From positions 90,101,747 to 90,165,746 of the forward strand of contig NC_068986.1 in NCBI RefSeq assembly GCF_001194135.2: a stretch of 64,000 nt of DNA. Reading direction: 5' to 3'. This stretch comes from Octopus bimaculoides (lineage: Eukaryota). Shown here in pieces: positions 1 to 12,809 of this stretch. A program made the translations under genes and the position numbers. The notes under the pieces are model-generated. The model was not told the origin of the DNA. It saw nothing but the letters and a program-made list of their open reading frames with translations, and did no database searches. Every line of letters begins with the position of its first letter. Position 1 is the stretch's first letter.

Positions 1-507
1 CATCAGCATGGGGAGCCAGTCAGGCGACACTAGCAACGACCTACACATGAATGGTGCTTATTGCGTGCCACCAACACGGGAGCCAGTCAGGTGGCACTGG
101 TATCGGCCACAACTACAATTTCCATTTGATTATGATTTGACTTTTGATTAGGTCTCCTCAAGCACGGTGTGTCACCCGACGATTCAGGGCTGGTTATGTG
201 ACACTGGTGTAGGCTACGGCTGTGATTTCACTTTACTTGCCAGGTCTTTTCAATCACAGCATATCTCCAGAAGTCTCAGTCTTTTGCCATTGCCTCTGTG
301 AGGCCCAACATTCGAAGGTCATGCTTCACCACCTCATCCCATGTCTTCCTGGGAAGATATGAGGAAACTCTTCTATAGGTTCCTTCCACTGTTAGGGAGT
401 GACACTGCTTCACACAGCCCTCCTCATCCATATGCAGCACATGACCATACCAGCGCAGTCGTCTCTCTTGCACACATCTGATGCTTCTTATGTCCAACAT
501 TTCTCTC
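1..507 (-). mobile_element. RTE-clade LINE 3' fragment
   Basis: ORF 276-563 has RRLRWYGHVLHM...RKTWDEVVKHDLRMLGL followed by the family 3' UTR. Confidence 0.85.
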
Positions 508-816
508 AGGGCAGAAATAAATAGACTTTCCGATTTTGTTTTCTGTATTATTTTTAATACCAAGTCACCGAATATATGTGTTATATGAGGTCTAGATTAG
601 ACACATTAAAATAAAATTATGTGTATACCAATTTTTGATTCTTGACACATTTTGGTGATAAAAGTAATTAACATTTCCAATTTATTCGAAATAATTCCAT
701 GTAAATAATAAGCTATGGACACATAAGAGGTGCAACAATATCAAAGGAAGGCTAACTGGGAAGATAGTTTGTATGTGGCAAATGCTTAGGAACAATAAAC
801 TTTGAAAATATGCAGA

Positions 817-1990
817 GAATAGCTTCTGTTACCTAGGTGACAAAGTCAGTAGGCGGGGGTGGATGCTCTGAAAGTGTAGCTGCTAGAATAAGAATAGCCT
901 GGGTAAAGTTCAGAGGGCTCCTACTTCTGCTGGTGACAAAGGGCCTCTCATTCAGAGTAAAAGGAAGATTGTATGACGCATGTGTACTAACAGCTGTGCT
1001 ACATGGCAGTGAAACATGGGCCATGACTATTGAGGACATGCGTAAGCTTGCAAGGAATGAAGCCAGTATGCTCTGCTGGATGTGTAATGTCAGTGTGCAT
1101 ACACAAGAGTGTAAGCACCCTGAGAGAAAAGTTGGACTTAAGAAGCATTAGATGTAGTGTGCAAGAGAGACGACTGCACTGGTATGGTCATGTGTTGCAT
1201 ATGGATGAGGACAGCTGTGTGAAAAAGTGTCACACCTTAGCAGTTGAGGGAACCTGTGGAAGAGGTAGACCCAGGAAGACCTGGGATGAGGTGATGAAGC
1301 ACGACCTTCGAACATTGGGCTTCACCAAGGCAATGACTAGTGACTGAGATATGCTGTGCTTAAGAAGACCTGACAAACCAAGTGAGACCATAACCCATGG
1401 CCTACACCAGTGGTGTATAACCAGCCCACTTATGAATACCCTTCATTCATTGGACAATAAACTTTGCTTGTGAAGACCTGTTGAGGCAAGTGAAATCAAA
1501 ATCACTGACGTAGCCGATGACAGTACCGCCTGGTTGGCACCCATGCCATTGGAATGTTAAAAGCACAATCTGAGTGTGATCGTTGCCAGGGCTGCTAACT
1601 GGCTCCCGTGCTGGTGGCACATGAAAAGCACCATTCAAGCATGATTGTTGCCAGCGTCACCTTACGGGCACAAGTGCCAGTGGCACATGAAAAACAACAT
1701 TTGAGCGTGGTCGTTGTCAGTGCCGCCAGGCTGACTCCTGTGCAGGTGGCACATAAAAAACACCTTTTGAGCGTGGTCGTTGCCAGTACCGCTTGACTGA
1801 CCCTCGTGCCAGTGGCACATAAAAGCATCCACTACACTCTTGGAGTGGTTGGCATTAGGAAGGGCATCCAGCTGTAGAAACTTTGCTACATCAGATTGGA
1901 GCCTGGTGCAGCTTTCTGGCTTGCCAGTCCTCAGTCAAACCGTCCAACCCATGCCAGCATGAAAAGCAGACGTTAAACAATGATGATGTG
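817..1990 (+). mobile_element. RTE-clade LINE 3' fragment with tandemly repeated 3' UTR and (GAT)n tail
   Basis: Frameshifted RT C-terminus (FCYLG, RIRIAWVKFR, LHGSETW, RRLHWYGHV), roughly 63-bp gtggcacat units at about 1530-1830, and a gatgatg tail. Confidence 0.88.
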
Positions 1991-2167
1991 GTAGTGCATT
2001 CCTTTTCATTCCAGTAATAGAGCCAATTAAGTTTTTCCATAGATGAGAATTATCATCTCCCTCTCAAATAAAGAATGGAACAGTCAAAGATTTGTTGTTT
2101 TGGAAATTGCTAAAACAACATAATGCTAATTGTTTGTTATGTTCAAAATAGCTAAAACCAAACAATT

Positions 2168-4393
2168 CTAATTGATTATTGCTGTATTACTTTTCAATTT
2201 GAAGTCCTTTTTGCCTCGAACACCAGAATTTTTTCTCTTGATTTGATTCAACTCCTAATGAAACTGTCTTGACTGTTCTCACCACAAACATTAGCTGATG
2301 CTTTTGTCATGAGTTTTACACATCTCTTCTCTGCTTGGTTGTGGCACAGTAATTTTTCCAGTTGCATCAATGAAGGTATTGATTATTTCATCGGAAAATG
2401 CCTGTTAGAGGTGGTTCAGTAACAATGGTGTCCTGCCAGTTAATTATGTCCATGTAGTTTGAGACAGCAAAGTTTAGGGTAGGAATTTTGAAAGTTCACA
2501 CAGATTTCCCTTTATACTGTGTTTGAGCCTGCTTTATATGCCTCCATGCTAGTTCTCAAATGTGGCTCTGTTTATCATGGCCAGCAAAATATTTTCTAGG
2601 TGCACAAAGAAAGCATTCCATTGTACAACTGGAAATACAATGTCTTATACCGCTTGATCCATTTCTCTCGAAGACTCAGTCATCTTGAATACATTTGGAG
2701 CCCCATTTTCCAAGGAAGAGTTGTGTTTAATTGTGAACCACATTGGCACATAAACTTTCATTATGTAAGCAACAGTTAATTTCATCATGTTAGAAGGATT
2801 CTCGGTGGCAATATACAACTGTAGCATACGATTTGCATGTAAGCCATCGAGAATGCGCCATTTTGTCAGGATTCCTTAATGCCAATTCAGATGAACATTT
2901 CCCTTCAGATATCCTGGTGGAGATCAAGAAGGTATTTATGATCAGTGCTGAGATCATTTCTGTCTACTGATGGTAAGTCTGTTGGGATCTGATTAAACTT
3001 CACAACACTTAGTGTTTCACATCGCTCCAGTCTCTTACCAATCAGCCTAAGAAATCCATGAGGCCCGGTAGTTTTTCCGCCAAGATTGTTAATAAGATGG
3101 CATAAGGGAAGCTCATTTGTGTGGAACTGATACATAAACCAATGCAATGGCTTTTTCATTTTATCCTCCAAAAGTCTAACAGTGCTTCCTTTTGGTCCTG
3201 TATTGACTGCAGTATCATTGCAACCAGCTGCTATCATGTGATTGGTTACTATCTCATTGGTTTCCAAATAATTCAACAAAACATTGGAAATGGCTTTTAC
3301 AGAACCTGTTTTAACAGCAAAGTGCTCAAAATAGCAGGGCTCAGGTTCTTTTATGAATGGAATGTGTGAATGTGTTCTTTTTGAATTGTTTTCTTACAAA
3401 ATGTTTTTCCCGTTTGAGAGTTGTGTCCCTCCTTCCATTCAAAATACACGGCAGACAATGGTTTATGTGGCTTACCTTCCTGCTGCAGGGATTTAAGTTT
3501 TCTGGATCATTCCCGCCTTACCTTCAATCTGTCTATAACGAAAGAACATTCACCAGATATACTTGCTGTTAAGTTATGGATGACCAAACTTGTAAGAAAA
3601 GCAGCACCATGGTCTGACACACTGGTGCAGTCTCAGACAGAAGCTAGTTCTGGGAATTTCATTCGTTTTATTGGTGTTTTTGAATTTAGGTTTTTGCTGA
3701 CATCTTTTTTGTTTCATGGAAAATGGAATTGGAAAGTCCTCATCTTCACCTGCTGGTCTATTTCCAGATTCACTGCTTGATAAAAACCCTATCAATTCAG
3801 GATCCTTTGCTGACATAACTGGGCGACTGTGATCTGACTAATTCTTTCTAATCAACCTCTGAACATTCTGTTTAGATACTGCTTGATCTATTCCGCCCAT
3901 GATCATTTTTCGATTTTTCTATTGATGCTGTAAAAAATCTTGTTCTCTCTGAGGTACTTTTTTGTCTCTACTACAACTGCAATTTTTAAAGGAGTTGCAC
4001 TTGCAACAGGAAATGTCAAATAAATCTTTTGTTGCATTGTTTTTAAACACTTTACACTTTGCTTGAAATGATGGCAAATTTTTTCTATTTTTCACTGATT
4101 TTTGTAATACTTGGTACTTTAGATAAAAGTTTAAGATTTTTGGTTTAAATGACTCCATCGTAACACAAAGGATGGATGTCTTTTGTCAAAGAAGAATTAT
4201 CTTTTCTGCTACAATCTTGACAATTTGTTTAATTGAAGGATCTTTTTTTAACTACATTCTTTTCTTTTTCTTATTCAAATAAAACGTATTTTAGTACATC
4301 CTTGTCAGTTGGCAAAACTCACTTGCTAAGATCACATGGAGTACCAAATATTTGGCTTTCAGTATCATGACATGTTATTGGCTTATGAGTCAT
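2168..4393 (-). pseudogene. Disrupted hAT-superfamily (hATm-like) DNA transposase
   Basis: Colinear fragments MTHKPITCHDTESQIFGTPCDL...; GCNDTAVNTG...HWFMYQFHTNELPLCHL...GKTTGP; IMKVYVPMWFTIK; CHNQAEKRCVKLMTKASANVCG, with multiple stops and frameshifts. The element probably extends to about 4850. The subfamily assignment is from memory. Confidence 0.7.
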
Positions 4394-5232
4394 CACTAAA
4401 TGTAAACAACACTAAATTCAACACGATCGTTAATTTTAATACAATGGCCTAAAATCAAGGTACAAAGCAGAAAACTTCACACATGCATGACATACGTCCA
4501 CACACAATGACCACTGGAGAGAAGTTCACACTCCCGTTCTCTTTATAGTCAATGTGGAACCTTAAAATATAAGTCAATTGTATTGAAACTTGGTATGCAA
4601 CCTCTTGAGGATACTATATTTACTGTTTTGCATTCTGCTATGTAGAAATATGTATCATAATCCATGAAATCCAAAATTCAACCAAAAATAGTGATTTTTA
4701 AAATTTTCAATTGCGTTGCAAAGCCCGGAAAAGATATTTAACCACAAAGTTCTTTTATACACCTTTCTTTTAACCCTAATTTGCAACAAAATATGATTCT
4801 TGGCTACCAATTTTGAAAGTTGCAGTTCTCACTCCACCCTCATGTGTAATCTGGTTGAAAGCTTTCAATTATATAGAAGCTACAAATATGTAAGGGTCAA
4901 ATATGAGCCCTATTACATGTTTAATATTTATTTTATCAATCATAATTATAGGTAAGGCTATGTGTTTACAAGCTTCAAGTTCCATCTTATCCTGCAGCAT
5001 GGCACTTTTTTAGTCAAGAGTTATGTACTTATAGTGGGTTCTGGAATTTGATAGACAAAAATTGTATGAAATTTTGTTGTGTATATGTGTGGTTGTATGG
5101 GAATGAGTGTTTGTTTTCATAGGTTAACATACCCTACAGTTTGATGGTTTTGTGTGAAAACTAGTGGAATAAAAACACCTTAACAAGTAACAGCTGGCAA
5201 CAAGGGCCTCTGGCCATAAAATACTGCTTTAA

Positions 5233-5366
5233 CGCTTTAGCATTCAGATTACTGTATCAATGTAATGTTTATTTATTAGTGAATATGAGAGGTCAGATCT
5301 GGCTGGCTTTAAGATAAAACAGGTAAATTATTTTGGCCAGATATGGCTGTTTTAAATGCTGAAGGG
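5233..5366. mobile_element. piggyBac-type MITE (internally deleted)
   Basis: TTAA flanks with ends c(g)ctttagcatt and aatgctgaaggg; same family as 58925-59144. Confidence 0.7.
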
Positions 5367-6589
5367 TTAATAATCTCATCCAGTCCATGTCAGTATGAAA
5401 AAAAGCAGATGTAAAAACAATGATGATAGTGAAATCACATGTAAAGCTGGCCTTAACAAGATTTGAACTTGGACGATAGTATGAAAAAACAAAACTCTAG
5501 GAAGAATTTGTCTGGTAGTTTAGTTATTTTTGCTGCTTGATCATTCTTTGAGAAAATATTCTTGATAGTCCAAAGTAATATGTCAATGCCTATGACTTTT
5601 ATAGGCCATTCCACAGTGGTGAGATTGTTGTATATAATCAATATAAAGCTTGGACAGTTGTAGGTTAATGACTACAGGAAACACATAGAGACGGCATCTG
5701 TTCTAGGAAGGAAAGATTGAATAAATAAAATGTAAATTTTTTTGTTGGATCTGGAGGAAGAACAATACCTATTGTCTTTTGCATACCTTCTGAGACTGGC
5801 AGAATTGATGCAGTTAATGTTCCTTTTGAACCATTGTATGTCAGTACCAGCTAGAGAAATGTGAGCAAAGAGGGTGTTCCAGAGAAGTGATGTTCTAGAA
5901 AGGAAGGACTGGGTGAGTGACTAGTGCTAGACCTGGGTTGGATAAAGCGAGGGTAAAAGAGGTGGAAGTTCCATCTATTCACAAGGCTTTGATCTGTCTG
6001 AGATTGTAGTGGAGACACTTGCTCAAAGTGCTACACAATAGGACTGAACTTGAAACCACATGGTTGGGAAGTGAACTTCTTAACCACACATACCTTTACC
6101 TATACCCATACATGTATAAATGCACGTGTGTGTTGGCAAGAAAGCAGAAAAACCAGTGAGCAGTGAACAAAGTCCCTTTATATATCCTGTACTTAGTTAC
6201 AAGCACTCTCTTGTGATTCTTGTCATCAAAAATGCAATGAATCAGTTATTTGCTCATTAGAAACCTGTAACCAACAAAGCCCTTTATTCACTCATGATAT
6301 AAATGAATATAAGTTATGGTGCATCTATTTCACTAAAGAGCTTCAACAAGGACAAAACATAAACAGAATTATCTCCCATATATTCAAATGTAAAACATTA
6401 TTAGTCATTTATAAAATTTTTTCTTCTTTCACTGCTTATTTGAATTTTTAATGTTTAATCATTTGATTTTAACTAACAACAGATTGCATAGACGTTCCAC
6501 ATATTAATTAATGTGTGGTGTAGTACTTCTTCACTATTTATATTTTTGGTGTTACTCTAAGCTTTGATGAAATAAATCATTGTTTTCAA

Positions 6590-7280
6590 TGAGCTGCTGA
6601 TTTCAAAGACAAAAAGAAGAGATGTTTTCTGTATATGTTTGTAGAATTTGTTCTGCTTCTACTTCTCTAAAATTACCATCTCTTTACCAATTCCAGTTAA
6701 AACTACTTAATGCACCACTTGAATATCCAATAAACCTCTTTAATATATCCTATCTTCTAGATTCTTCATCTTTAGAATGACATCTCTCAGTGAAGCTTAG
6801 GTAATTGGGCTATTTAGCTCATGTTCACAAGATTGTTGGTTCAATTCCTGGACTGGGTGGTGCTTTGTGTCTTTGAGTAAGATACTTCATTTGACATTCT
6901 CTTGGTCCACTTGTGAGTCATGATTACTGTCTGGGTGTTGCGCAGCCCTCTCTACCAGCTATCAAATCCTTGATGTTCTGCTGGTTCAAGGGCTGAGATG
7001 GGCTTAGAGTGTGCCTATGTCTTCTTGCAACTGCAAAGGTATCTAAAATGATTAGTGAAAGTGCAGTGTATGCCACCAAGTCATACACACTCTCAAGTGA
7101 CAACTGGCTGTACTGGTACCATCTGTCTGCAACTTTCCACTTGCATCTTTCTTTCAGCTGCTGACCTGTCACAATTCCAACTGGACATTGAATCTCATTA
7201 TTCTCACTCCTTCTGTGTAAACTTCCTAAAAATGTTTTGGACATAACTCCCTCATCTTTCTGCTCTTTAAATTATTCTAC
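6590..7280 (-). pseudogene. Unidentified coding-like relic interrupted by a SINE fragment
   Basis: Open frame of about 115 codons at 6924-7274, plus one frame at 6590-6790 broken by 3 stops. No family recognised. Confidence 0.25.
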
Positions 7281-7600
7281 AGAGAAAAATTATTTAATTA
7301 TCTTTTTTTCATTCAAGATTTACTAGTTTCATATTAGTGAGTTGATACATCATTGATGATGAGCTGTTTGTTTTTCTATATCACATGGGAGAACTGGAAC
7401 AAAACGCCAATTATATTATGGACATAACCTTCTCTTCCACCTCTTTCAAATTATTCTGTAGATGAAAAAGAAATAATTTTTATTTTTATTTTCTTTCTAG
7501 ATTTACTAGTTTCATTTTAGGGAATTCTCACATTACCGATGAGGAGTTGTTATTCTATAATACAGACACAGGAGCACTAGAACAAAGCTCTGATGACAGT
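7230..7600 (+). repeat. Diverged tandem duplication (about 185-bp period)
   Basis: ggacataa...aaattattct...agatttactagtttcat...gatgag...gaac blocks occur twice. Confidence 0.7.
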
Positions 7601-8259
7601 CAAGTCAGTCAAGGATCAGGATCAGATATTGAACTGAACTGGGATGAGTCTTTCTAAAGTACCTCAACTTTTTTTACTATGTTTATGAATTATTTTGCTG
7701 CTGGGTAATTTGTGCTTTCTCATTCTTTTCCAAAATAAGAGAAAACAAAATAACAATTGTATATACATAAAAGACTTGTATTCATTCAATGATTTTTTTT
7801 TTTTTTTTGTACAGTATATTACTGATAATTTACACTTGTAATATATATTATCGATCAAAAATGTTTTTTTTTGTGTAGACCATTTTAATGTTTCAAATTC
7901 TGTGGATCAAAAATAATTTTAAAAAATATAAAATTTTGCTTTTCAATAATTTGAGTTGCGTTTGATTTTTTTTATTTAAATTGTTTCTTTAAAAGCACAG
8001 GCACCCCCCCCCCTTGTTATGGTTCCATTGGAAGACTTGTTTTCCTCACTAACTTCCATGTTCTATAACATGGAAGCCAATAAGAAAATGGGTTTTGTCT
8101 GAGAGACTTTCATGTTATGACAAAATCTTCAGCAACACAATGCATTCATAAGTTTAGGAGGGGTATTCTTGTATCTATAATGTGACTTTGCTGTTTGTAA
8201 ATATGATTCCCTAATGTTGGTAATGTTACAGGAATTGTACGATAGCTCTGCAAGTTAGG

Positions 8260-8560
8260 CACAGGCATTGCTGTATAGGCACAGTTGTGACTGTGGTGAA
8301 GAAGCTTGCTTCTCAACCATGTGGTCTTGGGTTCCGTCCCACTGTGTGACAGCTTGAGCAAGTGCCTTCTACTATAACCTCTAGTTGACATAAATCTTAC
8401 AAGTGGATTTGGTTGATGGAAACAGAAAGAAGACTATTATATATGTGTGGGTATACATGTGTACTTGTATACCCTTGTCTTGACATAATGTGATAGTTGT
8501 AAGCAAGTATTACCCTTATACAAGCAATGTTGTTCATTTCCAGTCCCTCTTGGAAATTAT
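8260..8560 (+). mobile_element. Decayed tRNA-derived SINE (family C)
   Basis: Matches the intact copy at 19525-19887 with CpG sites converted to TpG/CpA. Confidence 0.7.
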
Positions 8561-9959
8561 CTGGCCATCATCATCATCTTCATCATTTAATGTCTGATTT
8601 CCATGCTGGCATGGGTTGGATGGTATGACTGAAAACTGGTAAGCTGGGGAGCTGCACCAGGTTCCAATCTAATTTGGTATGGTTTCTACAGCTGGATGCC
8701 TTTCCTAACACCAACCACTCCAAGAGTGTAGTGAGTGCCATTTATGGGATAAATATGATGAGATGGTTACAGCATCTTTAATCTTAGGTTTACTTCTTCA
8801 GGGAGCCACTACACAATTACTGAAAATACTGGTAGAAATAGCAGCCAAATCTATTTTTACATCATTCCTTGCACCAAATATCTTATTTCCAGGCTTGGTA
8901 AGCCCTGCAAGGGCTATGGTCACTATTCATCTTCAGACTAACTTCTAAAAGACAAAATGACATCCAACCACACTTGCCTTGCCCTGCTTTGCGCCCTCAA
9001 CTACTGATGGCATCATAGAAGTGTTGTTTAGACTTAGCAGAGCCCATCCCTCTCCAGACCTGACCATTGCCAATTTTTCCTGGGAAAGAAAAGAATCGGT
9101 TCCAGAATGGAGTTGGTACTTTGTTTATTGGCTCCAAAAGGATGACAGGTGAAGTTAACCTCAGTGAGAGTTGAAATCAAAGTGCAGAGACTTGAAACAA
9201 ATACAACAAAGCAATCTATGTGATACCCTTATGTCTTGGCCAGTTCATTGTCTTACACATAATGCTATTGAGACAATGAGGACAAAAAAAAAACTGAATT
9301 CACTCCAAAGAAAGCAAAACAGGGAATCTGGAGAGGAAAAATGCAAGTCTGGATAGATTTAGCTACCATTTTTAGCAGTAAATTGAGTAATTGTGTAGAA
9401 GCTCCCTGGTATTGTTGTATGGCCCTAAGTACTTCTTGAAGCAGCAAACCCATGATCAAAGGTGTTGTAACCATCTTGTCCTTTTTTTTTTCCTCCATTC
9501 AGAATATATTATCTTTTATGACCTTTCTTTTTTAAAGCACCAAACTGTGATTTAAGAGATTTGGTTGCTGCTATTACTAGCAGGCTGAGTATGTAGAAGC
9601 TTCTGTGTTTCAAAGACATGTGCAAGACTTGACAATAGCAAACAATATTTACACAAAAATAATTGACATTATAGTGTCAGATGTCAGTTTTTAGATCTAA
9701 GATCTATTGGTGCCATCTGGCACCAATAAAACTATTCAGGAATGTGATGATTGGTGAAATGATAATTAGTAAGATGGCATAAATAGATAATGCTGTTTTT
9801 GAGGGCTATTTTGAGGTATAATAGTCAATAATAATGAAGATAAATATAAAAAGAAAATGCGTGTGTCTTTTTATATATATATATATATGCCAGCATGGAA
9901 GGCAGACGTTAAGCGATGATAGTACATAAACAGTAAAAAACATATTTACATATATATTG

Positions 9960-10326
9960 GGATCTTTTCAATTTGACGGCCCCAGACATGTTATTTAGCT
10001 TCAAATCAACCCTGATACAGCAAACCTGTGTTGCTATAAAAATATCTCTGGTTATTAAAGAAGGGTTTTGTTAGGGGAGTAGACCCAGAAGTTGTTGTTC
10101 GCAAACAGCAACAGTAATTTTCTTCAGCAGAATACACGTCATTGATTGGTTAAAATTACCCAAATACAACTTTAACACGAAATAACTTCTAAAATACAAA
10201 ATTTTGTCAAAAACGTTAAGAGTAAACCCTGTTCTATGTGACACATTCTACCAGTACCCGAAGTTTCAAAGTGTTTAGTCAAAAAAAAATTAATTAAAAG
10301 ATCTAGCCATCAAATTGAAAAGATCC
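9960..10326. mobile_element. MITE with 21-bp terminal inverted repeats
   Basis: ggatcttttcaatttgacggc (9960-9980) versus gccatcaaattgaaaagatcc (10306-10326), 20 of 21 matching. The TSD is unclear. Confidence 0.65.
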
Positions 10327-10334
10327 ATACATTG

Positions 10335-10750
10335 ATATAAACAGCTAGGCGAAATGTGATGCCATAAAGGAAAAATTGAATTGCCACTAAGGGTGCTGAT
10401 GCCTACATTGCTAAAAATAAGAGTTAGAATACTCTTAATGCTGTAGGAAGGGCGCAGATACACACACACGCTGACAGGAGAGGCAACCACTCCATGCGAA
10501 CTCGAAAATCCCCAGACGACATCTAGTTTTGTGTTTCATAGACATCGTGAGTGAGGACTACTCGAACGGTCCATGTTCAGCTAATTTTGCCTTTTATCAT
10601 ATATGTATTTACCATAAACATTTATGGATGATTTAGCGGAATGCTAGTGCATATACAAAATATTAATATAAACAGCTAGGCACAATGTGATACCATAAAG
10701 GAAAATTTCAATCACTAAGAGTGCCGACGCATCTACATTACTACAAATAA
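10335..10750 (+). repeat. About 85-bp direct repeats (10335-10420 and 10666-10750) flanking a unique core
   Basis: atataaacagctagg...cataaagg...cactaag...ctacatt...aaataa is present twice. Confidence 0.75.
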
Positions 10751-10761
10751 AACCATCTGTA

Positions 10762-11997
10762 TACTAGAAAAGCACTCGGGGAGCGCAGACCTCCGCCAAG
10801 CAGCTTATTTCCACCTCACATCACACCGCTCCTGTCGCCATTATAACCACCGATACTATTTTATCCTCCTCCCATACTTATCTCGACCATCGTCATCATC
10901 AACACTGTCTCTGCTTTCACCACAATCACTGTCAAAACGATGATCACCACAATCAGTTTCTTTACACACTTGAAAATCCATTATCCGACACTCAAGGGAC
11001 CGAGATTGTTGCAGATTTTTGATTTTTCTAATTTCGGAGTTCTTTATATAAAAAAGAAAATAATTGCATCTACAAAACAGAACAGTTTGAGGATAGAAAC
11101 CAGGTCTAAACTCAATAGCTTATATACATACTCTGAATGTAGTTCTATATAAACCTTTAATAATTTTTTTATACTTAAGACCATCAGAAATGTTAAGATA
11201 TCAGCCTCTACCCATGTTGTCATGCTTTGATTAATAGGTTACAGCATAGATTAGATTGCTTAGACAAGTTTTGGCCGAAGTTGACTCAGGCCATGTCTAA
11301 AATTAATAGCACCACCTGGAAGAGATACAGTCAGCTCTGGGGAACCGTAGCCCATTCAAGCTGAGGGTTATTGTTTTCAGAGAAATATCTGGGTGTGGGT
11401 GGTTTATCTGGTATTTGTTGGGGGTAATCATCTAGGGATTGTTTGAATGTTGTGAAGTTACTTTCCTCCTTTATGTTGAAGAGAGCAGGGCCAATCGAGG
11501 TGAAATAGTTCTGTCATAGTGTTGTGATACAACACAAACATTTCTGTAGTGGACGGATGGCATAGGGGCCAAGCTTCGGACGAATTTTAAAGATGGGCAN
11601 NNNNNNNNNNNNNNNNNNNNNNNNNNNNNNNNNNNNNNNNNNNNNNNNNNNNNNNNNNNNNNNNNNNNNNNNNNNNNNNNNNNNNNNNNNNNNNNNNNNN
11701 AATCAGCAACGCCACCATAGGTTACGTGGAAACGATGAACGTGTTTTCAAGGGAGATAATCAAAGAACGTAACGTGGTAATACTTCATGTAAAGTAGATA
11801 TAACAAATGAAAAATCCTTCAAGAATCCATAAAAATTCCCGGATCACTACCAAAATTTCATCATCTATTCCTTATGTCATTACCAACTCTTTCTGCAAGG
11901 TTCATCAAATACCGTTCTCAACTTTTTGAGTTATTTTGCAGACAGACGGACAAACCAACACCGTTGAAAACATAACCTCCTTCCTTGGCGGAGGTAA
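10762..11997 (-). mobile_element. Helentron-like non-autonomous element (HINE/DINE-1 type), 1.24 kb with internal cargo and a gap
   Basis: 5' end ttACCTCCGCCaaggaaggaggttatgttttc and 3' end cttGGCGGAGGTctgcgctccccgagtgcttttctagt give sub-terminal inverted repeats plus a 3' hairpin. Confidence 0.75.
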
Positions 11998-12224
11998 GAA
12001 ATATGTATAGGTATATATACATGTATGTATGTGTGTGTGTGTTTTACTGCCTTGCCTTGCCTTGACATTGGGCAATAGTTGTGAGTGTTGCTGTCTTGCA
12101 ATGAGTGTTCTTTGTTTTCAATCTACTACACAGATCATGAGGAAGAGCGCAAGCACCCATGGTTATGTAAACTGATCCTTTAAATACAGGGTCTGGTGCA
12201 CTTGGGATGGGACACATATGTAGG

Positions 12225-12497
12225 GGCGATCTTACGGTACGAGTCCTAAATATCGGCCTTTTCCGTAAAAAGTGTTGGGAGAGAAACAGGGAAACGACGT
12301 CATAAAAGCGAAAGACATACAGAGAGCGCGATTTATTTTGAAGGGTTTGGGTCAGGGAATTCCGTCCCTAATCGTGACCCTAACACCGTAGTGAAGATCG
12401 TGCGGGCGTTACGGAAAAGGCCGATCTTTGGTAAAGATCGCCGAAGACACTTTTTACGGAAAAGACCGATATTTAGGACTTGTACCGTAAGATCGCC
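12225..12497. mobile_element. Mutator-like (MULE) MITE, 273 bp
   Basis: 51-bp TIRs with 2 mismatches (12225-12275 and 12447-12497) and a perfect 9-bp TSD atatgtagg (12216-12224 and 12498-12506). Confidence 0.9.
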
Positions 12498-12759
12498 ATA
12501 TGTAGGCTTTGGTCAGATGCAGGGTGAGTGTCTGACGATGACACGTCTTTGACATTTCTCATTCGCCGTTGTTGCTCTGGCCTTCTCAAAATCGCTTGTA
12601 AAAGTGAATGTATGTATTTATGTTCGAATATGTGTGTGTGTATGACTTGTGTGTGCGAATGTGTGTGTGTGTATGACTGTGTGTGTGCGAATGTGTATAT
12701 GTGTATGTATATATGTACGTGCGTGTGTGTAGCAGTCAACTTTCCTCCACTCTAATTAC

Positions 12760-12809
12760 CTATTCGGCTGTACAGACAATTTGAAATTCGCGCCACTATT
12801 ACTTTCCAT
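12760..12809 (-). CDS. Candidate first coding exon of an unidentified minus-strand gene (MESNSGANFKLSVQPN)
   Basis: tccATGG context with an in-frame TAA three codons upstream. The 50-nt open exon ends at AATAG|GTAATT (phase 2) and lies near the left edge of a CpG-retaining domain. Confidence 0.4.

Noticed and set aside
508-545. Possible left TIR of the hAT element matching the end near 4850
   Set aside because: Similarity is weak and no 8-bp TSD is visible, so the element boundary is left open.
1530-1830. Regularly spaced repeats superficially like a CRISPR array
   Set aside because: These are degenerate tandem units of a LINE 3' UTR with no unique spacers and no cas genes, in eukaryotic context.
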